A DNA stretch of 64,000 bases. Origin: Planctomycetota bacterium. Its GTDB lineage: Bacteria; Planctomycetota; SZUA-567; H5-PLA8. Positions 1 to 8,956 of the stretch are shown here, piece by piece. The stretch spans positions 19,069 to 83,068 of the forward strand of contig JAKLKQ010000025.1 of NCBI GenBank assembly GCA_023150555.1. Direction: 5' to 3'. The number at the start of each line of letters is the position of its first letter. Position 1 is the first letter of the stretch. The notes beneath the pieces were generated by a model. It saw only the letters and a program-made list of their open reading frames with translations. It did not search any database and was not told where the DNA came from. Both the position numbers and the translations under genes were made by a program.

Positions 1-803
1 GCGTCGTTGCAGCGCGCGGCGTCGGGGTCCACCAGCACCACGTCGCCCAGGCGGCCTTCCAGGCGCTGCGCCAGGCCGATGCCCAGCCGAGTGGCGCCGA
101 AGATCACGACCTTGCGCACCTTCTCGACGCGGCGGTACAGCTGCGCCTGGAACAGCGGAAGAATCTCCTGAGGCATCAGCACGTAGATGCGGTCGTCTTC
201 CTCGATGCGGTCGCCGCCGCGCGGGATGATCACCTCGCTGCCGCGGTGGATCGCCACGATCAGGAACTGGTCGGGCACGATCTCGCTGATCGACTGCAGC
301 GTGCGCCCGGCGATCGGCGCGTCCTTGGGCACCAGGAAGCCCATCAGCAGCACCTTCTGCCCGGCGAAGTCCGCGACCTCCGTGGCCCCCGCCGTGAAGA
401 TCAGCTTCTCCATCGTCTCGATGGCGATCACTTCGGGGTTGATGATGTGGTCGATGGCGAGTTGCTCGCGGCCGAGCTTCGACGACGGGCCGCTGTACTC
501 GGGGTTGCGGATGCGCGCGATGCGCGTCTTCACGCCGTAGTTGCGCCCCAGCAGGCTGACGATCATGTTCAGTTCGTCGCTGTCGGTCACCGCGATGGTC
601 ATCTCGGCCTCGCGGATTCCGGCTTCCTCCAGCACCTGCGGCGAGCCGCCGTTTCCGTGCAGGACCTGGGCATCGAGTTTCCCGCCGAGGGCCTTGGCAA
701 CCTCTTCGCGGCTGTCGACCAGGGAGACGTCGTGCTTTTCGGCAGCCAGCTGCTCGACGAGGTTCGACCCCACCGCCCCACCGCCCACAATCAGTATGCG
801 CAT
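1..803 (-). CDS. trkA: TrkA-family K+ transport NAD-binding protein, N-terminal part; gene continues past the window edge
   Basis: Reverse-complement translation from the ATG at 803..801 reads MRILIVGGGAVGSNLVEQLAAEKHDVSLVDSREEV..., a GxGxxG Rossmann motif typical of the TrkA-N/RCK domain. Absent from the ORF track only because the frame is open at the window boundary. Confidence 0.75.
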   Translation of the reverse strand, partial: MRILIVGGGAVGSNLVEQLAAEKHDVSLVDSREEVAKALGGKLDAQVLHGNGGSPQVLEEAGIREAEMTIAVTDSDELNMIVSLLGRNYGVKTRIARIRNPEYSGPSSKLGREQLAIDHIINPEVIAIETMEKLIFTAGATEVADFAGQKVLLMGFLVPKDAPIAGRTLQSISEIVPDQFLIVAIHRGSEVIIPRGGDRIEEDDRIYVLMPQEILPLFQAQLYRRVEKVRKVVIFGATRLGIGLAQRLEGRLGDVVLVDPDAARCND

Positions 804-964
804 GGAAGCCTTTTCGAGGATTCGCCGGACGGCTTCAAGTGTGGAAAGGCCCACCTCTCCCACTGACGGCGGCGCACATTCCGTGCAGTTTAGGCGTTGC
901 CCGCGCGTCCCATTTCTGATGTAGAATACCTCAAACGCAGGTCCCCCTCTCGGAGGCTAAAGGC

Positions 965-2134
965 ATGGCTCGCAAGACTTTCCTTGCTATTGCGGGAACG
1001 GCGTTCCTGGGCCTGGCGTTGGCCCCGGCCTGGGCCGCCGACGGCGAAGGCAAGGACGGGAAGGAGGCCGTTGCGCCCCCGCGGCCCGACGCCCCGCCGC
1101 CCAAGGCCAACAGGGAAGGCGCCGAACGCCAGATGGGCGGCGAAGGCCGCGGCCAGGGCGGCGTCAACGGCGAAGGCCGCGGTGGGCCGCCGTGGATGCG
1201 CAACGCCGAGTTCCGCGGGAGGCCCGAGCCCGTCGACCCCGTGCGGCAGGGCATCGCGAACCTGAACGTCGCCGACCGCGCGGCGCTGGGCGCGGCATGG
1301 GCGCTCTTCGAAACCAACAAGCGCGAAGAGGCTGTCGCGGCGGCCGCCAAGGTCGCCGAGGCCACGCCCGACATCGAAGCCTCCGGCTACGCGCGGCTGC
1401 TGATGGGCCGCTTCTACCTCGAGATGGAGAAACCCGACCGCGCACGCGAGATGCTGCAGGTCGTGAAGGGCCCCGCCGCTGCGCTGGCGCTGAAGATCCT
1501 GATCGAGCACCTCGCTGCCGACGGCGGGCCCGATGCCGTGAGCGCGGCTTACCAGGCGCTGCTGGCCGCGCAGCCGGACGTGGCGCTCGAGCGCGCGCGC
1601 GTGCTGCAAGCTCTGCTGGACTGGCTCGACGGCCCCGGCCGCGAACGCCTGGAAGCGGAAGGCCGCGCGAAGGTGCTGCAGGCGGTCGCGGGCAGCGTCT
1701 CCCGCGAGCAGGCTCTGGCGGCCAAGGAAGCGCTGGCGAAGGAGCGTGATGCGGCGGAGGCCGCGGAGCGTGCCGGAAACCGCAACTTGCCGCACTTCGA
1801 GGTCTTCATGGGCGGCGAAGGCGGCCCGGGCGGCCCGCCCGGACGCGACATGATGAAGGACCGGCTCAAGGACCTGAAGGACATGCCGCCCGACCGGCGC
1901 GCCGAGGCCCTGGAAGACGTGCGCCAGGACCTGAAACGCCGCCTGGCTGCCTTGGAGGACGACGCCAACCCCGATGAACGCAAGCGCCTGGAAAAAGCGC
2001 TCGAGAAGCTGGAGAAGCAGGGGCGTAAGGGTGGCGATGGGGAGGCCGGTGAGCGCCCCAATAAGGGGGATAAGCTTAATGCTGACAAGGAGATGGAAGG
2101 AGAGGGGAAGAAGCCCGGCGAGGAACAGTTCTGA
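965..2134 (+). CDS. secreted Ala/Glu/Arg/Pro-rich low-complexity protein (hypothetical)
   Basis: N-terminal signal peptide MARKTFLAIAGTAFLGLALAPAWAADG, followed by an acidic/basic coiled-coil-like low-complexity region. Preferred over the overlapping 425-aa minus-strand ORF, which has no recognisable features. Confidence 0.45.
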   Translation: MARKTFLAIAGTAFLGLALAPAWAADGEGKDGKEAVAPPRPDAPPPKANREGAERQMGGEGRGQGGVNGEGRGGPPWMRNAEFRGRPEPVDPVRQGIANLNVADRAALGAAWALFETNKREEAVAAAAKVAEATPDIEASGYARLLMGRFYLEMEKPDRAREMLQVVKGPAAALALKILIEHLAADGGPDAVSAAYQALLAAQPDVALERARVLQALLDWLDGPGRERLEAEGRAKVLQAVAGSVSREQALAAKEALAKERDAAEAAERAGNRNLPHFEVFMGGEGGPGGPPGRDMMKDRLKDLKDMPPDRRAEALEDVRQDLKRRLAALEDDANPDERKRLEKALEKLEKQGRKGGDGEAGERPNKGDKLNADKEMEGEGKKPGEEQF

Positions 2135-2139
2135 AGCGG

Positions 2140-2337
2140 AAGGTCCCTTTAAGGGGAATCTTTGCAAAATAAGCCGTTAAGCTCGCCGGTATATTTATTA
2201 TCGGTTGCGATATTAAATAATTTCAGCCTGTTTCGGGCCTTTACCGTTCTCCTGACCTTGCGTATCCCTCGAACTGCCATACCATTACACCGCCAGGGGC
2301 ATCTGGAGATGCTATTCGGCATGGGAGCAATGCAGGT
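2140..2337 (+). promoter_or_regulatory. AT-rich promoter island upstream of the GH20-like gene
   Basis: About 200 bp of sharply lower GC (e.g. cggtatatttattatcggttgcgatattaaataatttcag) in an otherwise 68 % GC locus, immediately 5' of the ATG at 2338. Confidence 0.35.
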
Positions 2338-4176
2338 ATGGCTCTGAGCCTCCTTCCTCAGCCAAAATCGGTGAAGACCCTGGTCGGATCGTTCGACTTC
2401 AAAGAGGTCGACACGATCATCGTCGCCCGCAAAGCCAGCCCCCGAACCAAGCGCGCGGCCCAGGTCCTGGCCGAGGAGCTGAAGGAACTCTTCCATCTCG
2501 ACTACACGGTGAAGCCCAGCGGTTCGGTCAAGCATCCGCATGGCTGCTTGATCACGCACCATGCGCGCGAAGGCATCTTCGTAGAGACGACACTCAAGCA
2601 CCCGCAGGCGTACGAACTGCTGGCGGCGGGGCATGCGTTGAGCATCAGCGCGACCGACGACCACGGCTTCTGTGCCGCCACCCGCACGCTCAAGCAACTG
2701 CTGCAGGAAGGCACGCGCATCCCGGGCATGAAGATCGAGGACTGGCCGCTGGTGCGCTTCCGCGCCCTGCACCTGGACCTCAAGGGCCTGACGCCCAACC
2801 CACAGGCGCTGGCTGAGTTCGTCGAGCGCGCCGCGCTGTACAAGTACAATACGCTCCTGGTCGAGTACGCCGACCGCTTCCCGTACGAGTGCCTGCCCGA
2901 ACTGCGCGGCCCGCACGCCTTTACGCTCGAGTCCCACGCCCAGTTCCTGGCGCTGGCGGACCGGCACGGCCTGGACGTGGTGCCCATGGTGCCCACGCTG
3001 GGACAGATGGAGTTCGTGCTGCGCCTGAGTAAGTACCGCGAACTCGCCGAGGTCCAGGACGTTCCGACGCAGATCTGTCCGGCCGACCCGAAAGCGCAGA
3101 AGCTGGTGCGCGAGATGGTCCGCGAGATCGTCAAGGCGCATCCCGAGGCGCCCTTCATTCACCTGGGCGGCGGCGCCGCGCCGCAGCTGGGCCAGCATGA
3201 GCTGACCCGCGCGGCCGCGCAGAAGCCCAACGGCGTCCACGACCTGTTCCTGAAGCACATCGCCAAAACGATCCGGCAGGTCAAGACGGCCGGCAAGCAG
3301 GTCCTGCTGTGGGACGACCTGTGCCAGGAGATGCCGCCCGAGTTGCTCAGGAAGCTGGGCAAGGACACCGGCTTGATCGTGCGCAACTACAAGGGTGCCG
3401 GCGGGCAGTACCGCGCCGACCTGGTGCCGCACCTGGATGCCTACCGCCGCGCCGGCCTGCCGGTTTACGGCGCCTTCGCCGTGAAGGGCGCGGAGGCCTA
3501 CAACAGCTCGGTGCCCAACTACCGCGCGCGCATGGACAACGTGGACTGGTGGGTCGAGGCCGCCGAGACGCAGCCGGGCCTGCTGCACGGCGTCGTCGCC
3601 ATGGCCCGCAGCCGCTACAACGCGAACCTGACGCCCTGCGACCCGATGCCCGTCATCTGGCCCAGCGCGCTCTATGCCGCCGAACGGATCTGGTCGGGCT
3701 TGGGGTCCAGCCGCGAGTCTTTTGAACGGCGCATGCTGGCCGCCTTCTACGGCCTGCGCCCGGAGATGACCGAGGTCGCGGCCTCGCACTACATGCTCAC
3801 CAACGGCTCGGCCAAGCAGGCCGCGGAGACCTTCGAGCACGCGCGCCGCAGCGCCCGCCGCAACCGCGACGTGCTGGAGCTGCTGGAACTGCTCGCCGAG
3901 TTCGAACTGCTCGAGCAGGCCCGCAAGAACTACACCGAGCACGTCGCAGGGCTGCTGCCGCAGCTCGAGGCCGGGCGCGCCGACCCCGTCGAGGTCCGCA
4001 AGATCAAGGACGAGGCGCCCAACATGACGAAGGAGATTGAACGCCTTCGCCGCGACCTCACCCGCGCGCTGCTCAAGCGCTTCCACCGCGACGAGGTCGA
4101 CGAGTTCGTCACCGACCGCCTGCTGATCAACGAGCGCCTGGTCGGCTACGTGCAGAACCTGCTGCGCCGCTGCTGA
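2338..4176 (+). CDS. glycoside hydrolase family 20-like protein, probably catalytically degenerate
   Basis: Colinear with the bona fide GH20 at 60774..62267 (RALHLDLKG matches the RGLLLDxSRHF region; IHLGGGAAP matches IHLGGDEAP), but the catalytic D-E pair is replaced by G-A. Confidence 0.6.
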   Translation: MALSLLPQPKSVKTLVGSFDFKEVDTIIVARKASPRTKRAAQVLAEELKELFHLDYTVKPSGSVKHPHGCLITHHAREGIFVETTLKHPQAYELLAAGHALSISATDDHGFCAATRTLKQLLQEGTRIPGMKIEDWPLVRFRALHLDLKGLTPNPQALAEFVERAALYKYNTLLVEYADRFPYECLPELRGPHAFTLESHAQFLALADRHGLDVVPMVPTLGQMEFVLRLSKYRELAEVQDVPTQICPADPKAQKLVREMVREIVKAHPEAPFIHLGGGAAPQLGQHELTRAAAQKPNGVHDLFLKHIAKTIRQVKTAGKQVLLWDDLCQEMPPELLRKLGKDTGLIVRNYKGAGGQYRADLVPHLDAYRRAGLPVYGAFAVKGAEAYNSSVPNYRARMDNVDWWVEAAETQPGLLHGVVAMARSRYNANLTPCDPMPVIWPSALYAAERIWSGLGSSRESFERRMLAAFYGLRPEMTEVAASHYMLTNGSAKQAAETFEHARRSARRNRDVLELLELLAEFELLEQARKNYTEHVAGLLPQLEAGRADPVEVRKIKDEAPNMTKEIERLRRDLTRALLKRFHRDEVDEFVTDRLLINERLVGYVQNLLRRC

Positions 4177-4195
4177 CGATTTCCGCCTAAGACGT

Positions 4196-7024
4196 CTAAC
4201 GGGTGCGCTGGCGCGGGGTGTCCAGCAGCAGGTGGCGCAAACCCTCCTCGTTGCGCGTGGTCCGCCACTGGGTATCGAATCCGGCCGACTGCCAGATCTG
4301 AACGACGGCCGACAGCGCCTTCAGATGGAAATTGCGTTCGTCCGGCGTGCTCGCCAGCACAAAGATGGCGTTGACGAGTTCCGCATCCGGGTCCGAATCA
4401 AACCGCACGCCCGGAAGGCACCGGGCGACCAGCATGGTGAACTTCTTCTGTCCGTCGAGCACGATGTGGGGAATGGCCAGGCCCGATGCCAACACCGTGC
4501 TGCTCATGCTCTCGCGGTCATGCAGCGCTGCATTGATCCGTGCCGCCGGCTGGGAGACCTCGCGCGCTAATGCCTCCGCGGCCTGCGCGAAGAAAGCCTC
4601 CCGGTCCAGTTCCTTCCGGATATCCAGGATCTGGCATTCCTTCACCATAGTGTCGAACCGGTCAAACGTGGGCTGGGCGGCAATCCGTGCGCGCGCGATT
4701 ACCAGAACGTCGCCGGCGGCCAGTTCCACGGAACCGATGCAGGGTACGACCGACCGGGCTTGGGTGCTCCCTCGCTCGATAACCAGGGGCAGGGCGGGGT
4801 TGCCGGTTGCCAGGTCGGCAAGTGCCTGATGCGGGTTTTGCACCGGCGCCTCAATGCGCTGAATTGCCACCGCGCCTTGAGAGAACCAGTGGTCCCAGTC
4901 GTTAAGGCGGACGGGACCGCCGAAGAGTTCCTTGGCGTCGTCGGGCTTGAGGAGGGCGACCTTCTCGCTCGCAGCCTTAGTCTCCACGGCCAGCCCCAAC
5001 ATGGGGACCTGGAAGACCTCGCGCAACTGGCGCACGGCCAGCGCATTGACCTCGGAGTTCGCCGTCATGGCCAAGCCGATGGCCATCGACGGGGCCTGGG
5101 CTTCGGTTAGCGCCTCGATATCCAGGGCGTTGCCAGCCATGGCGGTAAGCCCTTCGCGCCGGGCTTCCTCGATGCGCGTGGCGTTGCTGTCGATCAGGCG
5201 GACCGGCTGCGTTTCGCTGAGCAGCTTAGCCAGCGCCCGTGCCGTCGGCGTGGCGCCGACGATCAGGGTCCCCGCGCGCTGGGCGGAGGGCTTATCCCGG
5301 TCTGGGGCTGGTGCACCGTGGCCCTGGTGTTCCGCCAGGAGGGCCAGGAACTCGGTGTAGTTGTTCAGCGTCACGACCTTATCGCGGAGCGCTTCGTTGC
5401 GGAAGGTTGACGCGGCATCGCGGTACAGCTCCAGCCCCAGGCTCAGGTCCTCCTCGCGCGTAAGGATAAGGCAGACGATGCGGCACGGCTCGCCGTCCGG
5501 GCTGTCGAAATCCAGGCCGTGGCGAGAGATCCCCAGGGCGACCTGGGGCTTGGAGATGTTCGGCAGGCGCACGTGCGAAAGGGCGACGCCGTTCCCGATG
5601 CCGGAGGCCAGCAGGTGTTCGCGCGCGAGAACCTGCTTGATGACCTCGTCCAACTGGGCTCCCTCGACGCCCGATATCCGGCAGAGTTTATCCAGGGCCG
5701 AGAACCGGTTGCCGGCCGCCATCCTAGACTCGAAGCTGCGCGACCCCAGGAAATCGGTGAAGCGCCTGGCCTTCTGGCGGCGAAGGATGCGCTGCATGAT
5801 GGGGCCGGCGATGACGCTGGTTGCCAGGGCCATCACCACCAGGGCTACGAAAAGGCGCTCGGTGATCAGTTGGGCTTCCAACGCAAGCAAGGCCAGGATG
5901 ATCTCCATGGCCCCGCGTGCGTTCATGGCGGCGCCAATCGCCCAGGACTCTCGCCAGGGCAAACCGGTCCATCGGGACGCCATTCCGCAGCCGACGAACT
6001 TGCCGACGCAGGCGATCGCCAGGACAAAGAGGACAAGGGGGGCATCGAAATTGGCAACGAAGTCGATCTTCAACCCCACCGTCGCGAAAAAGAGCGGCGC
6101 GAATATAAAGGTCACAAAACTTTCCAGGGTCTGGCGCGTGCGTTCCTTCAGGTGCGTCGAATCGCCCAGGGCCACGCCAACAAGGAATGACCCGAAGATC
6201 GCATGGATCCCGATCCACTCCGTGAACGATGCGCCGAGAAGCGCGAGCACGATGGCGAACCCCAGCACTCCGCCCGGCCAACTGGCATGTGCCTGGATTA
6301 ACGGGAGGCTGTGGTGGAGGATCCACCGGCCAAGAGTGAGCATCGCGACGGCATAGGCCAGCGTGAGGCCGATGGTCGCGCCGATCGGAAACGGGCCGCT
6401 TCCTCCGCCGCCGGCCGTGCCCATCAGGCCAAGGATGACGGCGAAAATGATCCAGCCCAGCAGGTCGTCGAAGACGGCTGCTGCAATCACGGTCATTCCC
6501 AGCTCGGTGCGGTACAGATTCAAATCCATCAAAGTCTTGGCGATCACCGGCAGGGCGGAAATGGACATGGCCGTCGCCATGAACAGTGCAAACACCAGGG
6601 GGGAACTCGCCTCTGCCTTGCCAAAGGCTTCCGACGACAATACCAAGGGACCCACCCAGCCGCCTGCAAACCCGATCAGGAACGGGATGGCAATCCCGCT
6701 CACGCTTACGCCCAATGCCGATCTGCCTTTGCGGAAGATCGTGGAGAGGTCGACTTCGATACCGGCGACCAGGAGGAAAAGGGTGATCGCCACAGTGGTC
6801 AATCCTTCAAGACCCAGGCGGAATCCTTTGGTCTTTGGGAAAATCGACTCGAACACATCTGGGGCAATAGCGCCCAGCAGAGTAGGTCCCAGGAGGATGC
6901 CGGCCAGGAGTTCGCCCATCACGGCCGGCTGGTTCATTCGGCGCGAAAGCTCGCCCAGGATGCGAGCCGTCCCCAGCACGACGCCGAGCGCGAGGAACAG
7001 CGAAACGAGTTCGGAATGGCTCAT
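4196..7024 (-). CDS. CPA2/Kef-type monovalent cation:proton antiporter fused to two PTS EIIA(Ntr)-like domains and an RCK (TrkA-N/TrkA-C) domain
   Basis: Start taken at the internal Met (MSHSELVSLFLALGVVLGTARILGE...) rather than the upstream junk-like extension. It has 12-13 predicted TM helices. GIGNGVALSHVRLPN and SGLAIPHIVLDG are two PTS_EIIA_2/PtsN-type motifs. GTLIVGATPTARALAKLL is a Rossmann RCK domain. Confidence 0.8.
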   Translation of the reverse strand: MSHSELVSLFLALGVVLGTARILGELSRRMNQPAVMGELLAGILLGPTLLGAIAPDVFESIFPKTKGFRLGLEGLTTVAITLFLLVAGIEVDLSTIFRKGRSALGVSVSGIAIPFLIGFAGGWVGPLVLSSEAFGKAEASSPLVFALFMATAMSISALPVIAKTLMDLNLYRTELGMTVIAAAVFDDLLGWIIFAVILGLMGTAGGGGSGPFPIGATIGLTLAYAVAMLTLGRWILHHSLPLIQAHASWPGGVLGFAIVLALLGASFTEWIGIHAIFGSFLVGVALGDSTHLKERTRQTLESFVTFIFAPLFFATVGLKIDFVANFDAPLVLFVLAIACVGKFVGCGMASRWTGLPWRESWAIGAAMNARGAMEIILALLALEAQLITERLFVALVVMALATSVIAGPIMQRILRRQKARRFTDFLGSRSFESRMAAGNRFSALDKLCRISGVEGAQLDEVIKQVLAREHLLASGIGNGVALSHVRLPNISKPQVALGISRHGLDFDSPDGEPCRIVCLILTREEDLSLGLELYRDAASTFRNEALRDKVVTLNNYTEFLALLAEHQGHGAPAPDRDKPSAQRAGTLIVGATPTARALAKLLSETQPVRLIDSNATRIEEARREGLTAMAGNALDIEALTEAQAPSMAIGLAMTANSEVNALAVRQLREVFQVPMLGLAVETKAASEKVALLKPDDAKELFGGPVRLNDWDHWFSQGAVAIQRIEAPVQNPHQALADLATGNPALPLVIERGSTQARSVVPCIGSVELAAGDVLVIARARIAAQPTFDRFDTMVKECQILDIRKELDREAFFAQAAEALAREVSQPAARINAALHDRESMSSTVLASGLAIPHIVLDGQKKFTMLVARCLPGVRFDSDPDAELVNAIFVLASTPDERNFHLKALSAVVQIWQSAGFDTQWRTTRNEEGLRHLLLDTPRQRTR

Positions 7025-7203
7025 GTGCCTGGGTTTCCGCCGACAAAAAGGGCTTTTGGGGCGAGCGTATTGGAATGGGCGGCTGCTTGCAATTAAACGC
7101 TCGAGAATTGTCCCCAAAGGACGGGATCGTCCAAACGGATCTGGACCCGGGGCCCGGGCATGGGTATGAGAATATTTGAACCGGGGAGCTCACCCGCTGC
7201 GCC

Positions 7204-8043
7204 ATGCCTGCCGCCGACCTCGCCACCCAGAAACTCGCCTCGCGAAAGGGCGCGCGCCGTATGGCCGAGATTCCCGCGCCGGTCCTGCGCGCCATGCAGC
7301 GCGGGGAACTGGAGACGAAGACGCTCGTCGAGTGGCTCGCCGTGGACCTGCGCCTGCTGATGACGCACGTGCTGCCCGAGGCCGGCCTGGCGAAGGAACG
7401 CGCGCGCATCCTGCGTGCTTTTGCGCCGCTGGAATCCGAAGGCATCTCGAAGCGCATGAAGGGCCTGGGTGCGATCCTGCACGAGACGCTTTCGCGCCAC
7501 CCGCAGAAAAAGTCCGTCTTCGAGAGACTCGCCGCGCACCGCAGCGACATCGTGCGCAGCCTGGCGGCGTATTCCGTAGGCGCCGACGGTTCGCTCCAAC
7601 TGCGCGAACGTCTGCGCATTGCGAAGCGCTTCGCCGCCGACGGCCACATGGGCGTGCGGGAGACGGCGTGGGACAGCTTCCGCGCCTACCTGGAGCCGCA
7701 GCTGCCGCAGGCCTTGAAGCTCCTCCAGGCGTGGGTGCGCGACCGCGACTTCCGCGTGCGGCGCTGCGCAGTCGAGGCCACGCGCCCCTGCGGCGTGTGG
7801 ACCGCGCACCTCGAGACGCTGAAGGCCGACCCTTCTCCGGCCGAGGCGCTGCTGGAACCGCTCAAGGCCGATCCCGAACGCTACGTGCAGGCGTCTGTGG
7901 GCAACTGGCTGAACGACGCCAGCAAATCGCGGCCCGACTGGGTGCGCGCGCTCTGCAAGCGCTGGGAGAAACAGTCGCGTTGTAGTGAGACGAAGTGGAT
8001 CGTCAACCGCGCGCTGCGGACGCTGAAAAAGGGGAAGCGTTAG
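7204..8043 (+). CDS. DNA alkylation repair enzyme-like HEAT-repeat protein (AlkC/AlkD family)
   Basis: 279 aa, all-helical. The C-terminal VRRCAVEATRP...VQASVGNWLNDASKSRPDWV resembles the conserved AlkD-family C-terminal repeats. Confidence 0.55.
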   Translation: MPAADLATQKLASRKGARRMAEIPAPVLRAMQRGELETKTLVEWLAVDLRLLMTHVLPEAGLAKERARILRAFAPLESEGISKRMKGLGAILHETLSRHPQKKSVFERLAAHRSDIVRSLAAYSVGADGSLQLRERLRIAKRFAADGHMGVRETAWDSFRAYLEPQLPQALKLLQAWVRDRDFRVRRCAVEATRPCGVWTAHLETLKADPSPAEALLEPLKADPERYVQASVGNWLNDASKSRPDWVRALCKRWEKQSRCSETKWIVNRALRTLKKGKR

Positions 8044-8050
8044 TTCGCGT

Positions 8051-8746
8051 TCACGTGCGCGGCCGGCGCCCGCCGAGGAGGAGCCACGCCAATACAATCA
8101 GTGGGAGCACGAGGTTGGCCCAGAAAACGTAGTCCATCGAGGCGCCGCCGCTGTCTTTCTTCTTTCCACCGGAATCGGATTCCGCCTTGGCTTGGGTTGG
8201 CGGTTTCGCCGGCAGGGCTTCCGCTGCTGGGGATGCGTCGACGGGTGCTGGCGGCAATGCCTTCTCGAGCGCCGCGCGAGCCTCGCCATCCCACTTTTCG
8301 CCGCGCCATAGGATCACGCCGTCGGCGCCGACCAGCACCAGGGTGGGGAAGCGCTCGACGCTGTAATCGAGCACGCACTCGTCGCTGACTTTCGCGAGTA
8401 CAGGGTAGGGGATTGCCAGTTCCTTAACCGCCTCCCGCGCGGTCTCGGGATCGTCGGTCGATGCGCCCACCAGGACCAGGCCGCGCGGCGCGAACTCGGC
8501 GTGGAGTTTCTTTAGATCTGGAATCGCCGCAATGCAGGGCGGGCAGGTGCGGAACCAGAAATCGATCAGGTGGACCTTGCCCGCGAGTTCGACAGGCTTC
8601 TCGCCGGGCGCCAGCCAGGCCCTCCCGGCCAGGGCGGCGGCCTTGGTGCCTACCATGCCGGGATAGGCGTCGGCGGGCATTTCGGCGCGCGCGCAGGGGG
8701 CGAGCAGGGCGGTCGCGGCGGCCAGGATCGCGAAGGTGTGTGTCAT
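8051..8746 (-). CDS. TlpA/ResA-like thiol:disulfide oxidoreductase (thioredoxin fold) with C-terminal membrane anchor
   Basis: Start at MTHTFAILAAATALLAPCARA (signal peptide). FWFRTCPPC is a CxxC redoxin motif. C-terminus is SMDYVFWANLVLPLIVLAWLLLGGRRPRT, a TM helix plus a basic tail. Confidence 0.7.
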   Translation of the reverse strand: MTHTFAILAAATALLAPCARAEMPADAYPGMVGTKAAALAGRAWLAPGEKPVELAGKVHLIDFWFRTCPPCIAAIPDLKKLHAEFAPRGLVLVGASTDDPETAREAVKELAIPYPVLAKVSDECVLDYSVERFPTLVLVGADGVILWRGEKWDGEARAALEKALPPAPVDASPAAEALPAKPPTQAKAESDSGGKKKDSGGASMDYVFWANLVLPLIVLAWLLLGGRRPRT

Positions 8747-8956
8747 GCCTCGAGTTACCCCATCGGGCCGCGTTTCAGGCGCTGCGGGCGTTCTCATGAT
8801 ACGACACGCCACGAGGTGCACAACCCCGGGCCAGTCCTCACGAAAGCCGAACCTCGCGCTGGCAATTCGGCCGGGCCTGGATTAAAAGAGAACGTCTATC
8901 CGACAACGCAGATTCCCGCTGCCTGAGGCTCTGGCGCGGGTTCGTTTCAAGAGGGG

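Noticed and set aside
890-2167. 425-aa minus-strand ORF overlapping the plus-strand secreted-protein gene
   Set aside because: It is Arg/Ala/Gly/Pro-rich like typical antisense frames in high-GC DNA, with no signal or domain features. The plus-strand frame has a clean signal peptide.
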